NCBI GenBank assembly: GCA_029717555.1
Contig: JAMDHS010000041.1
Location: 1-64,000, forward strand
Direction of reading: 5' to 3'
Length of the DNA stretch: 64,000 bases
DNA from: Peribolospora baueri
Lineage: Eukaryota
Shown here: piece by piece, positions 12,991 to 25,383 of the stretch
Layout of the letters: each line of letters begins with the position of its first letter
Numbering within the stretch: the first letter of the stretch is position 1
Position numbers and translations under genes: made by a program
Notes under the pieces: model-generated
Databases searched by the model: none
What the model was told of the DNA's origin: nothing
What the model saw: only the letters and a program-made list of their open reading frames with translations

Positions 12991-14554
12991 ATGGAGGACG
13001 CCGCGCAGCTAGCCCAGGAGTTCACTCTGAGTGAGCAGGCGATTAACATTTCCCAGTCTTGCTGCGTTTCAGTAACCGAGCGCGCTCCTTCACGCCCGCT
13101 AACTCGCCGTGATCTCGCGCGTCTGTGCATTCTTTACTGCGAAACAAAGGCTTGGATAACCTGCCCGGAGAGGTTCAGCACATCATCAAGGAGATTGAGT
13201 CAAAAGAACAAAGATCGTCAGGTTTGTGCGCGTTTTATGGGAAAGTAGCTGTTGAGGGTCCACTGGGAAACTTTTGTCAGAACTAGGGGCCGTCCGCACA
13301 TACCCTTCACCCATCCTTTTTTTTTTCCTCATGCCGCAGACATCGTCGCTCGGATAGAACAGCGCAAAGCCAACCTCGCCAAGCACATCCGCACCCATGG
13401 CGCACTTGTTGAGAACCCCAAGTCGGAGCAGCTTTCGAGCAAGCTGAAAGCGGATTATGACAAGGTGTTGAAGATCGCTGACGAAAAGGAGGCGCTCGCG
13501 ACGAGGTTATGGACTTTGGTGAGCGTACGGCTCGGATCGTTTGAGGTCGATTGTTTGGGACGCAGGTCGCCATTACGCTCATTCGATGCTGATATACTTG
13601 GACCTTTCCCAGGTTTATCGGCATCACGCTCGCCTGTGCGATGAGATGGAAAAACTCGACCCCACCATGTTGGCGCAAGCGCCTGCGTCAGGCTTCCTCA
13701 CCCCGCAACCGTCGTTGGCAGGCGTTACTGCCGCGGACCTAGCGACGCCGACCTCGACTGAAAATGGGTCGCTGAGTGAGCTTTTTTCCATACGCTGGCT
13801 GGCTCTCCTTCCCGAGGCGCCCTGCGCTCTAGCTGACTCGCGGCGGCTCTTTCCATTTGCTTCGGACCCCTCCCCGGCTCTAGAGCGCAAACACGGCTCC
13901 ATGATATCCACTCCCTTCTCTCTTTCCAGCCCTGCCTCGGGTACAACCACACCATCCGCATCTCGGCCAGGGGGCCGGACGGGACCGCAAAAAGGGTCCT
14001 CCCTTCTTGCCACTTCCACACCCATCACTGCGTTTGGCAGTTTGGCGGAAGATGGGTCCACACCTCCGTCAACGCCGAGTAGCGTGCCTTCTCGTGCGAG
14101 AAAAGGCGCAAGGGCGGGAACGGGCGCGAGGAAGAAGGAGGACGAGCAGGACGCGGGTGTGGAGACGGGCGAGCCGACCGGTGCTGAAGACGACGAGGAA
14201 CAGGACAAGACGCTGTACTGCACTTGCCAGAGGGTGTCCTTCGGAGAGGTGAGTTGGTCAGGCGAGGCGTTAGAAAGACGGTGGACGTTTGGAATATTTC
14301 GCTGACATTCGCCGTCGTTCCGTTGTATTCAGATGATTGGGTGTGACGGAGAGGATTGCCGATACGAATGGGTGAGTCGTCTCCTTCACTTCGAGGTGCA
14401 TTCCGATTTCTTTGTCGAGCTCATCCCCCTTGCTCCGGTTCTACCCCTCTTGCGCCTCCAGTTCCACCTGGGCTGTGTGGGCCTCACGAAGCCGCTCCCG
14501 CAAACGTGGTATTGCGACGAGTGCAAGGCCAAGCAGAAGCGTCGAAAGCGCTGA
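12991..14554 (+). CDS. ING-family PHD-finger chromatin reader (Yng2/Pho23-like), multi-exon
   Basis: N-terminal ING domain (MEDAAQLAQEF..LDNLPGEVQHIIKEI, IADEKEALA..L) and a C-terminal PHD (LYCTCQRVSFGE/MIGCDGEDCRYEW/FHLGCVGL..PLPQTWYCDEC) split by GT-AG introns. Confidence 0.92.
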
Positions 14555-15095
14555 CCTCCGCGCTGGCGGAGATGGCCCCTACTGGGATTGGTAATCGGTA
14601 ATCGCTGGACGGCGAGACTCTCTTGGCGCGTTGGACGTTTGGTAGCTATCGCCTTGCTTCTCTTTATGTATTTGTATGCGGACGATGTGTGTTACGGTAC
14701 AGTCTGAAATGAGTCCAGTACCTCATCGCTGCGCGGTCCGTGGGCGTCGACCCAAGCGCCAGTCTGACGGCGTGTCCCTCTTTGTCCTTTGTCGGCCATA
14801 AGCGGCTCGAGAGTGGCAGATGATCCTCGCCCCGAGTTTGATCGGCTGCTGCGGTTCGGCGATCCTTCCATTGCGCTCTGGCTTGGCTTGGCTTGGCGAG
14901 CGTTCGGCATACAACTGGGCTCATATCGCCAATCGGTCGGCGCATCCCATCCCACCTCGGTCTTTATTCTTCTACGTCCTGCCTACTTCTCTTACTCCGC
15001 TTCCGTTCGCTCACGCTTCCATTACCCCGCCTCAACCACGTATCGCACCCCCACAACACATCCACTGGACGCCACCGCCGCGGTGATCGCTCAAG

Positions 15096-16232
15096 ATGGG
15101 CAAGTCGCAGAGCAAGCTGACACCTGAGCAGTTGTCGGACCTACAGAAGAACACGTACTGTGAGCGATGGCCGTCCATGCACGTCTTCTGCTAGCAGCGG
15201 CGATGGTGGCCTCTCTTCCTGAACCGTGTCCGGTGTGGCTGACGCTTTTCTTTTGGTATGACGCTCTTAGTTGATAAGAAGGAGCTGCAGCAGTGGTGAG
15301 TGTGCTGACGTCGCCTCGTGATAGCGCTGGTGTCTGCTGACAACTCTTCAACCGTCTTCCGCCTTTCTTTCCCATTCCGTGTCAAATGCAGGTACAAGGG
15401 TTTTCTGAAAGACTGCCCCTCCGGCGTACTTGACAAGGCCGAGTTCTCGCGCATCTACAAACAGTTCTTCCCCTTCGGAGACCCTTCCCAGTTCGCCGAC
15501 TACGTGTTCAACGTGTTCGACGAGAACAAGAACGGCACAATCGACTTCAAGGAGTTCATCTGTGCTTTGAGCGTCACCAGTCGAGGGAGGTTGGATGAGA
15601 AGCTGAAATGTGAGCTTCCTGAGAGGCGAGGTTGTGCGAAGAGACCGAGTTAGTGGACGGCGTCTCAAAGCGAGTTTCGCTCACATTCACTATCTTTTCA
15701 TTTTTTCCCACTCTGCCTCCATCCCGACCGTCAGGGGCGTTCCAACTCTACGATATCGACGGCGACGGCTTCATCACGTACGACGAGATGCTGCAGATCG
15801 TCCGGTCCATCTATAAGATGACCGGTCAGATGGTCAAGCTGCCGGAGGATGAAGATACGCCGGAGAAGGTGGGCTGGGCTCTCAGTCGGATGTTGCGCAT
15901 CTTGGAGCTATCTTCTTTCCTGCCGCGCGTCTTGTGCGCATGCTCACACGTCGCCCGGCGTGCTCCTGGTCCTCTCCTCTCTGCACTTGCACTGACAGCG
16001 AGTCGATAAGATTTTCCGCATGATGGATCGGGACAAGGACGCACGGCGTGAGTAGATAGGCTGTGGCGCAGCTCATTTCTTAAAGGACTGAACTGGCTGT
16101 TCGACTGGCTAACCCTTTTCTTCTCGATGGCCCTATTCGCTCGCTCCAGTCACGTTCGACGAGTTCGAGGAAGGCTCGAAACAAGACCCTACGATCGTGC
16201 AAGCCCTGTCCTTGTATGACGGCCTCGTATGA
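15096..16232 (+). CDS. FRQ1: Frequenin / neuronal calcium sensor-1 (EF-hand, N-myristoylated), multi-exon
   Basis: [41 protein letters not shown]...[24 protein letters not shown]...[19 protein letters not shown]...EDTPEK/RVDKIF...ALSLYDGLV*. Confidence 0.96.
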
Positions 16233-17503
16233 AAGCGTCGCGGACTCTACTTCTCTACGCACCATCACCCCCCTCCCCACTTCGTCCGGTCTTAAGCGAT
16301 TCTCATGTTCGATCTGCGGAATCGTGACGGCGTCAGCCTTCCCTGTTAACTCTGGCACGTGAGCCTATCCTTCCCGGCCGCCAGTACATCTTTACCCTGT
16401 CCATCTCTTTCTCGGCTGTAATGGTCTCTTTTCTCGTGTGCCTTGGTCTAGCATCCTCCGCGTCCCCCTTTCTTTTTCCCTTCCCTCCTCTCCTTCTCCC
16501 GCCTTCTCTCTTTTCCCGGCAAACTGTACCACATTAGCTTGCTTGAGGTTCTCCAGCTCGGGTTTTATGAAGAACAAGAAGACTGTGTCTGTATCCACAG
16601 TTTCCGCGTTCTCTTTCGATTTCGTTCGTCCGGGGAGCAGGAGTGGCTCGTGGACTGCTGATGGCGCGACTGTCGTTCGCGCCGCTGCTCATCGTCCAGG
16701 ATAAGGAGTGAGTGATGTCGTACACTGGTCAGCCCCTGACAGCTCTGGAACGCATGGGCGATGTGACCTTCCTTGCCACCATATATCGTCCATGCCAGGT
16801 GAACGGGCGGCTGGCCCGCCATCGTCGTCAGCATGATCGGTTGGGATCGGTGGGAACGACCAGGCCAGCCAGCTGTCCTCCTTGGACGCTTGGCTGCGCA
16901 CCAAGGTTGCCGAGGCCTCCGCGGCGCTCTGACCGGACGGCAGACTACTGCTGAACCGTCTGTCGTACTCGGGAAGTGGTAGTGATCAAAAAGGTCGACA
17001 TGCAGGCCCCCACACTCGCCCCCTCCGGCTGGCGGACACGGGCCCAGCGTCGATCGTTTCGGCCGAGAAGACGTGATCGGCGATCGGGATGAGCTCAACG
17101 TCCCGGCTCCGCGGTGCAGGTTTCTTTCTCCCCACGCGAACGCGACACCTGTCTGTCTGAGATCGACAGCAACCATGACGGCCGGTGCGGTGATTGTGAG
17201 CACGCAAGCTAGATCCGAGCCGTATAGCTGTCGGTGAGATAGATAGAGCGCGGGCTCTCGGCCGCGGCGGAGGTAGTAAGGCCGCAACGGATGGCATCGA
17301 ACGTCCCCGCGGCCGGACCATGATGCTGATCGATGACGGACACCTCTCCAAGACGGGAGGTGTGGACGGGATAAAAAGGGGGGATGTCGGTCCTTTTGCC
17401 ACTATCATCGGTTCGCCATCACCTCCCCTCTCGATCGCAGCGCTACAGCCACAGCTACTTCCGCGTCCGCGCATCTCGCTATCTATCCTCGCACGCCTCA
17501 ATA

Positions 17504-18829
17504 ATGGCCCCCGTCGCCACCCAAGTCGCTCAGCCGCTGCCGGCCCTAGTGCCGGCGCCGTCCAAGACCGTCGTCGTCGCCGCCCCGGATCCCTCGTCGC
17601 TGCCGTTCGTGGAGGCCAAGCTGAACTACCTTGACCACAGCGTGACGGAGCCGTTCAACAATCTCTACCCGTCAGAGGGAGAAGCAAAGACCAACGTCGC
17701 GCCGGACACGCGTGTCCGTAGCATCCATAACCTCCGTGCGCTCAGTTCGGCGGAGAGGCGAACGAAGGGATACGTCACTGATTATGCCGGCTTCGAGGTC
17801 GTCGAGGGCTTTGGCGGTGTTGAAGACGTGGAGCGGGGATGGGAGGAGCAAAAGTGGGAGGATGAGGAGTGGATCAAGGAGAGGTACTACGACGACACGG
17901 CCCTGTGAGTCGTGGCGGTCTCAGCTTTAGTATCTTTTCGGCCACTCATCACTCACTCACTCACTCATCCTCCGTCTTTCGTTATCGCCGTTCGCCGCAT
18001 GTTCAGCCTCCTGAAGAAGCGTTTCGGCGCGTCGTCTACCTTTATCTTCGACCACACCGTCCGTAAGCGACCGGCGTCGGACGGATCGTCGCCGCCGGAG
18101 TCGCCGAGCAATAGGCATCCGGTCGATCAGACGCACGTGGACCAGACGGTGCGTGTCCCAAGTCGTCGTCGATCTTTCGTATGGGTTCGCTTTTCTCTCT
18201 CTCTGTTCGGCTCACTCATGATATGATATGATACGCCTTCTTGTCGACGGCACACAGGCCTGGGCGGGTCTCGAGCGTGTGCGCATCCACTTGGGCGAGG
18301 AGCTGGCGTCGCGCGTCAAGAAGGCGCGCGAGGACGGCACGGCAGCGTCTGGGACGGGCGTGCGGGCGCTGATCGTCAACGTGTGGAGACCTCTGCGCGG
18401 GCCGGTGGTGGACCACCCGCTGGCGGTAGCGGATTATCGGACGGTCGATGACGGCGATCTGGTCACCTCCAAGTTGATCTATCCGCACAGGTGAGATGTC
18501 GCGTTGACGCCATTCGCTGGACGAGGTGGAGGAGGGAGAGCTGCTGACCGACCGACCTATTCGACGTCGGACTCGCTTCGCTTCGCCTCGCTTCGCATTT
18601 TTTTCGTCGTGGCAGGACGGGAGAGACGCTTCTGATCCGCTTCAACCCCAAACACGAGTGGTACTACCTATCGAAGCAGGCGACAAATGAAGCGTTGCTG
18701 CTCAAGTGCTACGACTCGGCGAACGATGTCAAGACGCCTCATACGGCCTTTGCTCTTCCTGACACGCCGGCGGATGCGGAGCCGAGGTGGAGCATCGAAG
18801 TGAGGGCTTTGGTGATTCTCCACCAGTGA
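17504..18829 (+). CDS. AsaB/CmcJ-like hydroxylase/desaturase family protein, multi-exon
   Basis: Family motifs FDHTVR, HVDQT, VNVWRPL.GPV.DHPLAVAD, HEWYYLS.Q...E.LLLKCYDS, TPHTAF and PRWSIEVRAL across four introns. Confidence 0.85.
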
Positions 18830-20310
18830 CGCACACGACGGTCGGCAACGGCGACGGCGACGGCGCTTGCCATCTCGCTGAGTGAACCTGGCCTCGTAGA
18901 ATCTTTCCGTCCATTTTTGTTTCTTTTGCCTTTGGCTTCACTGCTCTTCCCCTCGGCGTGCGTGCCTCGTCTCTTTCTCGATCTATATCTTCTCTCGGCT
19001 CGTCGCTGTCCTTACATCCTGGTAGTCGTTAACGAATGCAGGGGAACCCGCAACCCGTCGTAAGAACTAGGTTCCAGGAACGTCGTGCGGTGTGGTGTGG
19101 TCTGATCTGATCCGAAGGAGGCGCGCAAGTCATGCGCTGGGACATGCTTGCACGCCGTTTCCCGCGCATATCCCCCCCTCCGTGTCCCGACTATGCGCAG
19201 AGTACCTACACCAACCTACGTATGGAATGGAAGGTGGATGGACGGACGGACTGGTTCCGTGGTATGCCCCGGCAACGGGGGCCTGCCTGCGTGTGTGATG
19301 GATGCCCACTGCCCACAGACCATGGACTCGCGCGGCTGGGCTGGGCGGGACGCGTCGGGGGGTTATTATTATTCTCGCTGTCGCCGTCGCCGCCGTCGAC
19401 CCGATGATGTGCTGCTGCGGCGGCGACGAGCGCGGTGGCGGGCGTGGTGCCAAATTTTGGCGGCCACTCGGCCGTGTTTCTTCTTTCTACTCGTGTTATT
19501 TTATTTTATTTTATTTCTCTTTTCCCGCTTGTCTCGCTTTCATTCCTTCCTTCCCCTCCCTTTCTAGCCTCTTCAAGGCCTAGCCCAAGTCGAGTCGCTC
19601 ACGCGCGCCCGACTTTGACTGCGCACGAGGACGTTCACTAATCTATCGGCCGTCCGCCCTTTTCTTAAAGAACATTTTCCTTCTTTTCTTTTTTTGTCGC
19701 AATGTCAAGCACAGAGGCAGATGTTCCATCTCGGCAGCGTCAGTTGACTGACTGCAGCACGGATCGGCGCCGGCCAGATCGCCCTCGCCGTCGCCGTCGC
19801 CCTCTTTCCCCCTCAGCCCGCCCCGGCTTGCTGCGAATCGACGGTGCCTGCTGCCGCCTGCCTGCCTGCCTAGGCGCCTGCCTGGCTCGCCCTGCCCCTC
19901 CGCCTGCCGGCGAGGCTCGTCGCTATCATCCATCATCATCCATCCGTCGCCAAGCATATACACTCTCCTTTCCACTTCTCCACCATCACCTCCTCGCCCG
20001 AGCAAACCCCCTCCCTCCCCCGCCCTTCACGCTCTTTGCCTTCCCATACACGCTCTTTGCCCCCCACACGCCCTTGCTCTCTGCCATCCGCCTACACCGA
20101 CTATCCTACCCGCCAGCCAGGAAAGCAAGACCCATCCTCGCTCCCACCCACACTCGTCCTCCTCGGTGCCCGCCTTCTTTCGCGAACCAGAGCTAGACGC
20201 TCCCCTTCGCACCGACTTCCAACCCTCTTCGCGCCCCTCCACGGCCTCTCCCCCTCCCTTCCTCCCCGCCTGCCGCCCCCCAGTCGCGCCGTCCGCCCTC
20301 GCCCGCCGTC

Positions 20311-21723
20311 ATGCGCGCATTCGACGTGCTCACCGCCGCCGGCTCGGCGCTCGCCTTCTCCCTCGCCGTCGGCCTGCCCGCTTTCACCGGCCAGGCCTGC
20401 GCAACGTCGTCCGCGTCCGGCTGGAAGTCCCTCACCCCCATCCCCGGCTCCGATATCGTCCAGTGGCAGATCCTCTCCCCGGACGCCAAGGGCAAGGGCA
20501 AGAACGCGACGCTCACCACTTATGTCAACGCCAACTATACCAGGGAGAACATCAAGAGGGTCATCATTAACGTCCACGGAAAGGGTCGTGACGCGTTCAA
20601 CTATTGGAACCATACCAACGTCGCCCTCTCTATGGCCGCCCAGCAGACCAACAATTGGGTCGACCCCAACGCCGTACTCATCATCGCTCCTGATTTCTTG
20701 AACGGCCAGGACAAGGGTGCGTTCCCCTGGAACGCCACCGCTCCTAAGCACCAGCAGGCGTACACCCAGACGCTCATTTACAAGGGAAACTTGTGGGCCG
20801 ACGGCGATGTCAACGAGTACCCGTACACTTCCAGGGGCGTGTCCAGCTTCCAGGTGTATGACGAGTTCATCAAGCAGTTCAGCGACCCGACGCAGTGGCC
20901 CAACGTCAACACCATCGTCCTCGCCGGTCACTCTATGGGCGGCCAGTTCGTACAACGGTACGCCATGATCGGCGACGCCGCCATGAGTCCCAACACCAAG
21001 GCCTCCCTCCGTTTCATCGTCGCCAACGCCGGCTCGTACCTCTACCCGGATGAGAAGCGGCCGTTGGACGTGAGCAACTGCTCGGACTACAACCTCTACA
21101 AGTACGGCTTCAATAACTACAGCATCATCTACGGCGCCGACAAAGCCACCGACCCTCAGAACCTCTTCCAGAGGTACATCACCCGCAACATGCACTACAT
21201 GTACGGTCTCCTCGACTTTGGCCCCGGTGACCTGCGTTGTGGAGCCATGGTCCAGGGCCACTACCACCTTGAGCGTGGCGAGTACTTTATGCAGTTCCTC
21301 AACGCCCTCCCCGGCGGCTTCCCTAAGAACTCTACCATCGACTACGTCCCCAACGCGAGCCACGACGACTTTGAGATGTTCAGCAGCCAGTACGGATTGC
21401 AGAGGATGTTCTACGACAACTACGAGGGCGACGGCCAGATTCAAGAGTCCAACGCGCCCGCCGGTGTCGACAACGGCATTAACAATGGCACGGCCAACTG
21501 GTATAGCGGCGCCGGCGGCGCTCCCACCGCCACGCTCGCCCCCAGCACGGCGTCCAAGCTGGCCAAGAACGAGGCCGTGAGCTCGTCTCGCGCCGCCGCT
21601 TCCGCTTCCTCCTTGGCCAAGCACAAGAAGTCCAAGAACGGTGCAGTGTCCGGCAAGACCGGTGCCGCTGTGGCTGCCGTCGTGGGACTCGTTGGCGCCG
21701 GTATCGCCGTCGTCGTCGCCTGA
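20311..21723 (+). CDS. Secreted alpha/beta-hydrolase with C-terminal hydrophobic anchor (GPI or TM), intronless
   Basis: 470-aa ORF with a signal peptide, VIINVHG, nucleophile elbow AGHSMGGQ, FIVANAGSYLY, C-terminal His (VPNASHD), a Ser/Ala linker and a hydrophobic tail. Strong C-ending codon bias. Confidence 0.88.
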   Translation: MRAFDVLTAAGSALAFSLAVGLPAFTGQACATSSASGWKSLTPIPGSDIVQWQILSPDAKGKGKNATLTTYVNANYTRENIKRVIINVHGKGRDAFNYWNHTNVALSMAAQQTNNWVDPNAVLIIAPDFLNGQDKGAFPWNATAPKHQQAYTQTLIYKGNLWADGDVNEYPYTSRGVSSFQVYDEFIKQFSDPTQWPNVNTIVLAGHSMGGQFVQRYAMIGDAAMSPNTKASLRFIVANAGSYLYPDEKRPLDVSNCSDYNLYKYGFNNYSIIYGADKATDPQNLFQRYITRNMHYMYGLLDFGPGDLRCGAMVQGHYHLERGEYFMQFLNALPGGFPKNSTIDYVPNASHDDFEMFSSQYGLQRMFYDNYEGDGQIQESNAPAGVDNGINNGTANWYSGAGGAPTATLAPSTASKLAKNEAVSSSRAAASASSLAKHKKSKNGAVSGKTGAAVAAVVGLVGAGIAVVVA

Positions 21724-22018
21724 GCTGGCACTCGTCCTCTCCGTTCATCGTCGGTCTGGTGCGGTGACAACAACTGTTGCTGTTTCCCATCTCCTTCTGC
21801 ATGTTTCCTACCCCGGTCCCCACTTCACCCCTCCCTACTGGCTCCTCGGGCGCTCGCTTGGACGTTCAGGCTCGCTTACGTACTCGTATTAGGATCTGCT
21901 TTTTCGCCCCGCTTATTTTTTTCGTTATTTCCTTCCTCTCGCTCACTGCCCGACATATATCTTAGGGCCTTTGTCTTCTTTCCTCCTTCTCCTCGGCCCT
22001 CACCCTGTTCGTTTGCTT

Positions 22019-22062
22019 CCCCCCCCCCCCCCCCCCCCCCCTCTTTCCCCCCCCCCCCCCCC
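22019..22062. repeat. Poly-C tracts
   Basis: Two long C homopolymers separated by TCTTT, downstream of the hydrolase. Confidence 0.85.
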
Positions 22063-23494
22063 AAACCCCAACACCAACCTGCCTGGGCTTCTCGCCTTCC
22101 TCTTCATTCTTTTCTTACTGTCTCAACGAGTCGTCTGCTCTCCTTCCCTTCGCTTATCATACTTTGTTCATTCTGTCCATCCATCGTCGCTCTGATTGAT
22201 GAATGGAAGCCGCGATGGTGGGGTCCGTCTCTGGGAGGTCGTCGTTCGCTGGCTTGTGAGGGAGGCGTGACGTGATTGTGATTGGACGCGGTGTGGAACG
22301 AGGAGTGGAGGACGTGGCCATCATCGACGTCCCTCGTTCCCTCGTGCTATCTGAACACCCTACGGCAGCGCGTGCTCGGCGTTCAAAGCCCCTTCGTATG
22401 TCGAGTCGTAGCTCTTCACGACAGAGACCGTGCTACTCATATCATGCTCGAATGGTCAGAGGATGGATGTGGCGGAGGGGAGAACCATCGCCCCGAGTCC
22501 AGCCCGGCATGGAATCACGTCGCCGTCGCCGTCGCCGTAGCCGTCATCGCCTCCCTCTCCTCCCTCGCCCTCCTAGCCCGCTCAAGCGCCTCCCTCTCCT
22601 CCCTCCTCCTCCCCTTCTCCTCCTCCCCGCTCTTCCAACGCCCCACCAACGCACTCATCCCCCGCACCGTCGTCGTCAGTCGCGCGTGTTGTCCTCGTAG
22701 CTCTGCTTGTAGCGTTAGAAGACGCGACAGCGGCGCTCGCGCTTCCCCTCCGTCCTCGTCGTCATCGTTCGATTGTGGCTGTGGCTGGCGGGTGAGCTTG
22801 CTGAGTGTCTGAACGCGAAGCGAAGCGAATGAAATAAAAGGAAACAAAACGAACGGCGTCAGGATCCTGTGCCCGTGCCCATTCTCGACCGCCGCGGATA
22901 CTCATGATACTGCTGGATCGGCAGGTACGGATCTCTCTCTCCCTCCGTCACCGTCGCCGTCGTCGTCGCGTGAGCGCCCGCCATGCTTCGCCCCGGCACA
23001 GTCGAGTTTTCGTCGCTCGAGCACGCCCGTCGTCTGCCTGCTTGCCTGGCTTCTGCTTGCCTCGTCGGTGCGCGATATAGTCGTTGAACGCGACTTGGGC
23101 GGGGCGGCGGCTGCGATCGGTCGGTCGGTCGGTCGGGTGGCTGACTAAGCGAGCAGGAAGTTGGCTTGAGCGAGCAAATGCGCTGCTGTCCATGACATGA
23201 CGCCGCCGACGACGACGACGACGAGGAGGAGCATGAAGCCGAGCTCGCAACGTGCAACTCCCTGACTAACCCATTAACCCATTTTTCCCCCCGCGGGTCC
23301 TGACGCACATGCTGTCCGAGATTGGAAAGCGATGTCCTGCCCGCTTAGCAATTCAACCAGGCAGTCAACGGACCCGGACGTCTCGCAGATGGACGGCCGG
23401 CCGTCCTCACCCCTTTCCTAAGCGTCGACTTCGATTTTTGCTTTTTACACACAGCGCCCACTTTTCCCTACAGACAGTCTCGCACCTCCATACC

Positions 23495-24534
23495 ATGCAA
23501 TCGATACGGGAGACGGCCTGTAGGGCGCTGTCGGCACGTCTGCGCCTCGGTTTCGGTCGTCCCCCGTTTGCTCTCGCGCCCTCTCTTCTTTCTCGGCCTC
23601 CCCTTTCATCCTATCGCCCGCTCGATCCGCTCGCTCGTGGCCTGCTCTCCACCTCGGCGTTGACTTTGCCATCGGTGGGGCTGCAGCCACGGCCCCTGAG
23701 TTACAACGTGCTCAGGCACGGTCTGACCTCGACCACCGCCCACTGTGCTGGCGCTGGCGGACGGAGAAGCCTGAGCGTCACCTGCCGAGCGGAGCGCGCC
23801 AGCCAGGCATTCCGACACGATGAACATGGGCTGCCGCATACAGACGATTTGGGACACCACCATCGGCCGAGTAAAACGCCGGTAAGCTCCGAGTCGCTTT
23901 GAAGTTCTTTTTTCTGCCCTAGGAGAGACCCGCCCGTGCCCGTTAGTCGGCTCCTTCCTCATCCCGAACGGGCGCGCGAGCCGCTTCCCTTCCGCTCGCC
24001 ACTCCATGAGCGCAGTACATCAAGCCCCGCCACATCGTCAAGTCGATCCCCACCGAGCTCTACCCCCTCTTCGCCTGTCTGCTCTTCGCCCTCCTAGCCG
24101 CCGTCTTTGGCGTCGCCCGACACCTTTGGATCGACGACCTTCGTCTGCGCAGCCACATCGGCGGCGCCCAACCTTCCAAGCCTCCTTTCATCGACATTCC
24201 TAACATCAACCCGCTCAAGTTTGAGCCTCCGCCCGAGCTCAAGCTCGCCGGCGTCACCTCGTCCGAGCTGGGAGACACGCCGATCAAGAGAGCCATCCTG
24301 ACCCTTCACCCGGACGAGCTTCGCCAGGCCATCTCCCCGGAAGAGGCGATGAGGCTCAAGGAACTCCTCCTTGAGGAGGAAGACAAGGCGAGGAGGGAGG
24401 GTAAGCACGACGAGGCTCGTGCCGCCGGTATGGCCGCCGGCGTCGCCGAGGACATCGTTCACGGACGCCCCGCCAGCACCAGGCAGCCTTTTGCTGTGCC
24501 GCCCGGCGGCAGACTCATGCCGATCGGCACTTGA
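23495..24534 (+). CDS. Mitochondrial NDUFA4/B12D-like single-pass protein with long presequence; 2 exons
   Basis: Arg/Ser/Leu-rich presequence-like exon 1 (MQSIRETACRALSARLRL...). A GTAAGC..CAG intron at 23882-24015 leads to YIKPRHIVKSIPTELYPLFACLLFALLAAVFGVARHLWIDDLRLRSH, matching the P.ELYPL-TM-R.L..D.RL pattern of NDUFA4/B12D, which continues to ...MPIGT*. Confidence 0.65.
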
Positions 24535-25383
24535 CGACGAAGGAAACGCGTCCGCGCTTGTTGCTACTCCTGTTGCTCTCTCGTCTGTCTCTCACTCCTT
24601 GGGCTCCCAAGGAGTCGCTTGCTCAAGTCGAGATTATTCTCGTCCATCCGTCGCCGTTGTGAGAAAAAGAAAAAGTCCCCAAGACGTCGAGCCCGCGACC
24701 GACGGTGACTGGGACATGACGCAAGCTTGGACGACGTCCGAAGTCGAGAAAAAAAAGTCATGTATGTACCGGCTTGAGGGGGAGGGACACGATACTACTG
24801 CTCGCCAGGTCGAGTCTCGTCGACTGTGTGAGTTTTGGTTTGCCCTAGAACACGTGATATCAACGAGAGCGTCGTGCGAGGGGGCCATTCATTCAGAGTC
24901 GTTGCGGTTGCGGTTGAGGTTGTATGGTGGCTTTTTTTCGTAGGGAGCCGCGTGAAAGCGAAGGAGACGGCGTCCTTTGGAACGGGGGGGCGAGCCGGCT
25001 CTGACATGACCACCGTCGACGCGAAGAGCAAGACGATTGGCGACGAAACGTTTGCCGAACGAGCACATGTCTGACATGACGCATACGGCAACACTGAGAT
25101 TCGACGTCGAGACCGATGAAAAGCCAAGAGACGGAAACCCAAAGAAGAGGAGATGGCACCTGGCGGATACACGATCCACGCCGGATGCGACGGCGACCAT
25201 AGCATTAACATGACAGACAGCGCACGACATGACAACTTTTGTCCGCCGCCGTCGCACGGACACTCTGAACGCCGAAGGCTCGAATGGCTGGCAGGGATGG
25301 GACGGAATGGACGGAAGACAAGGAGAGATGACGTAGGACGACGGAAGGGAACAAAACATGAGAACGTGTGCGGCGTCGGCGCT

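Noticed and set aside
20101..21624. 507-aa antisense ORF opposite the alpha/beta hydrolase
   Set aside because: Shadow ORF expected from the strong codon bias of the sense gene; the translation has no protein-like features.
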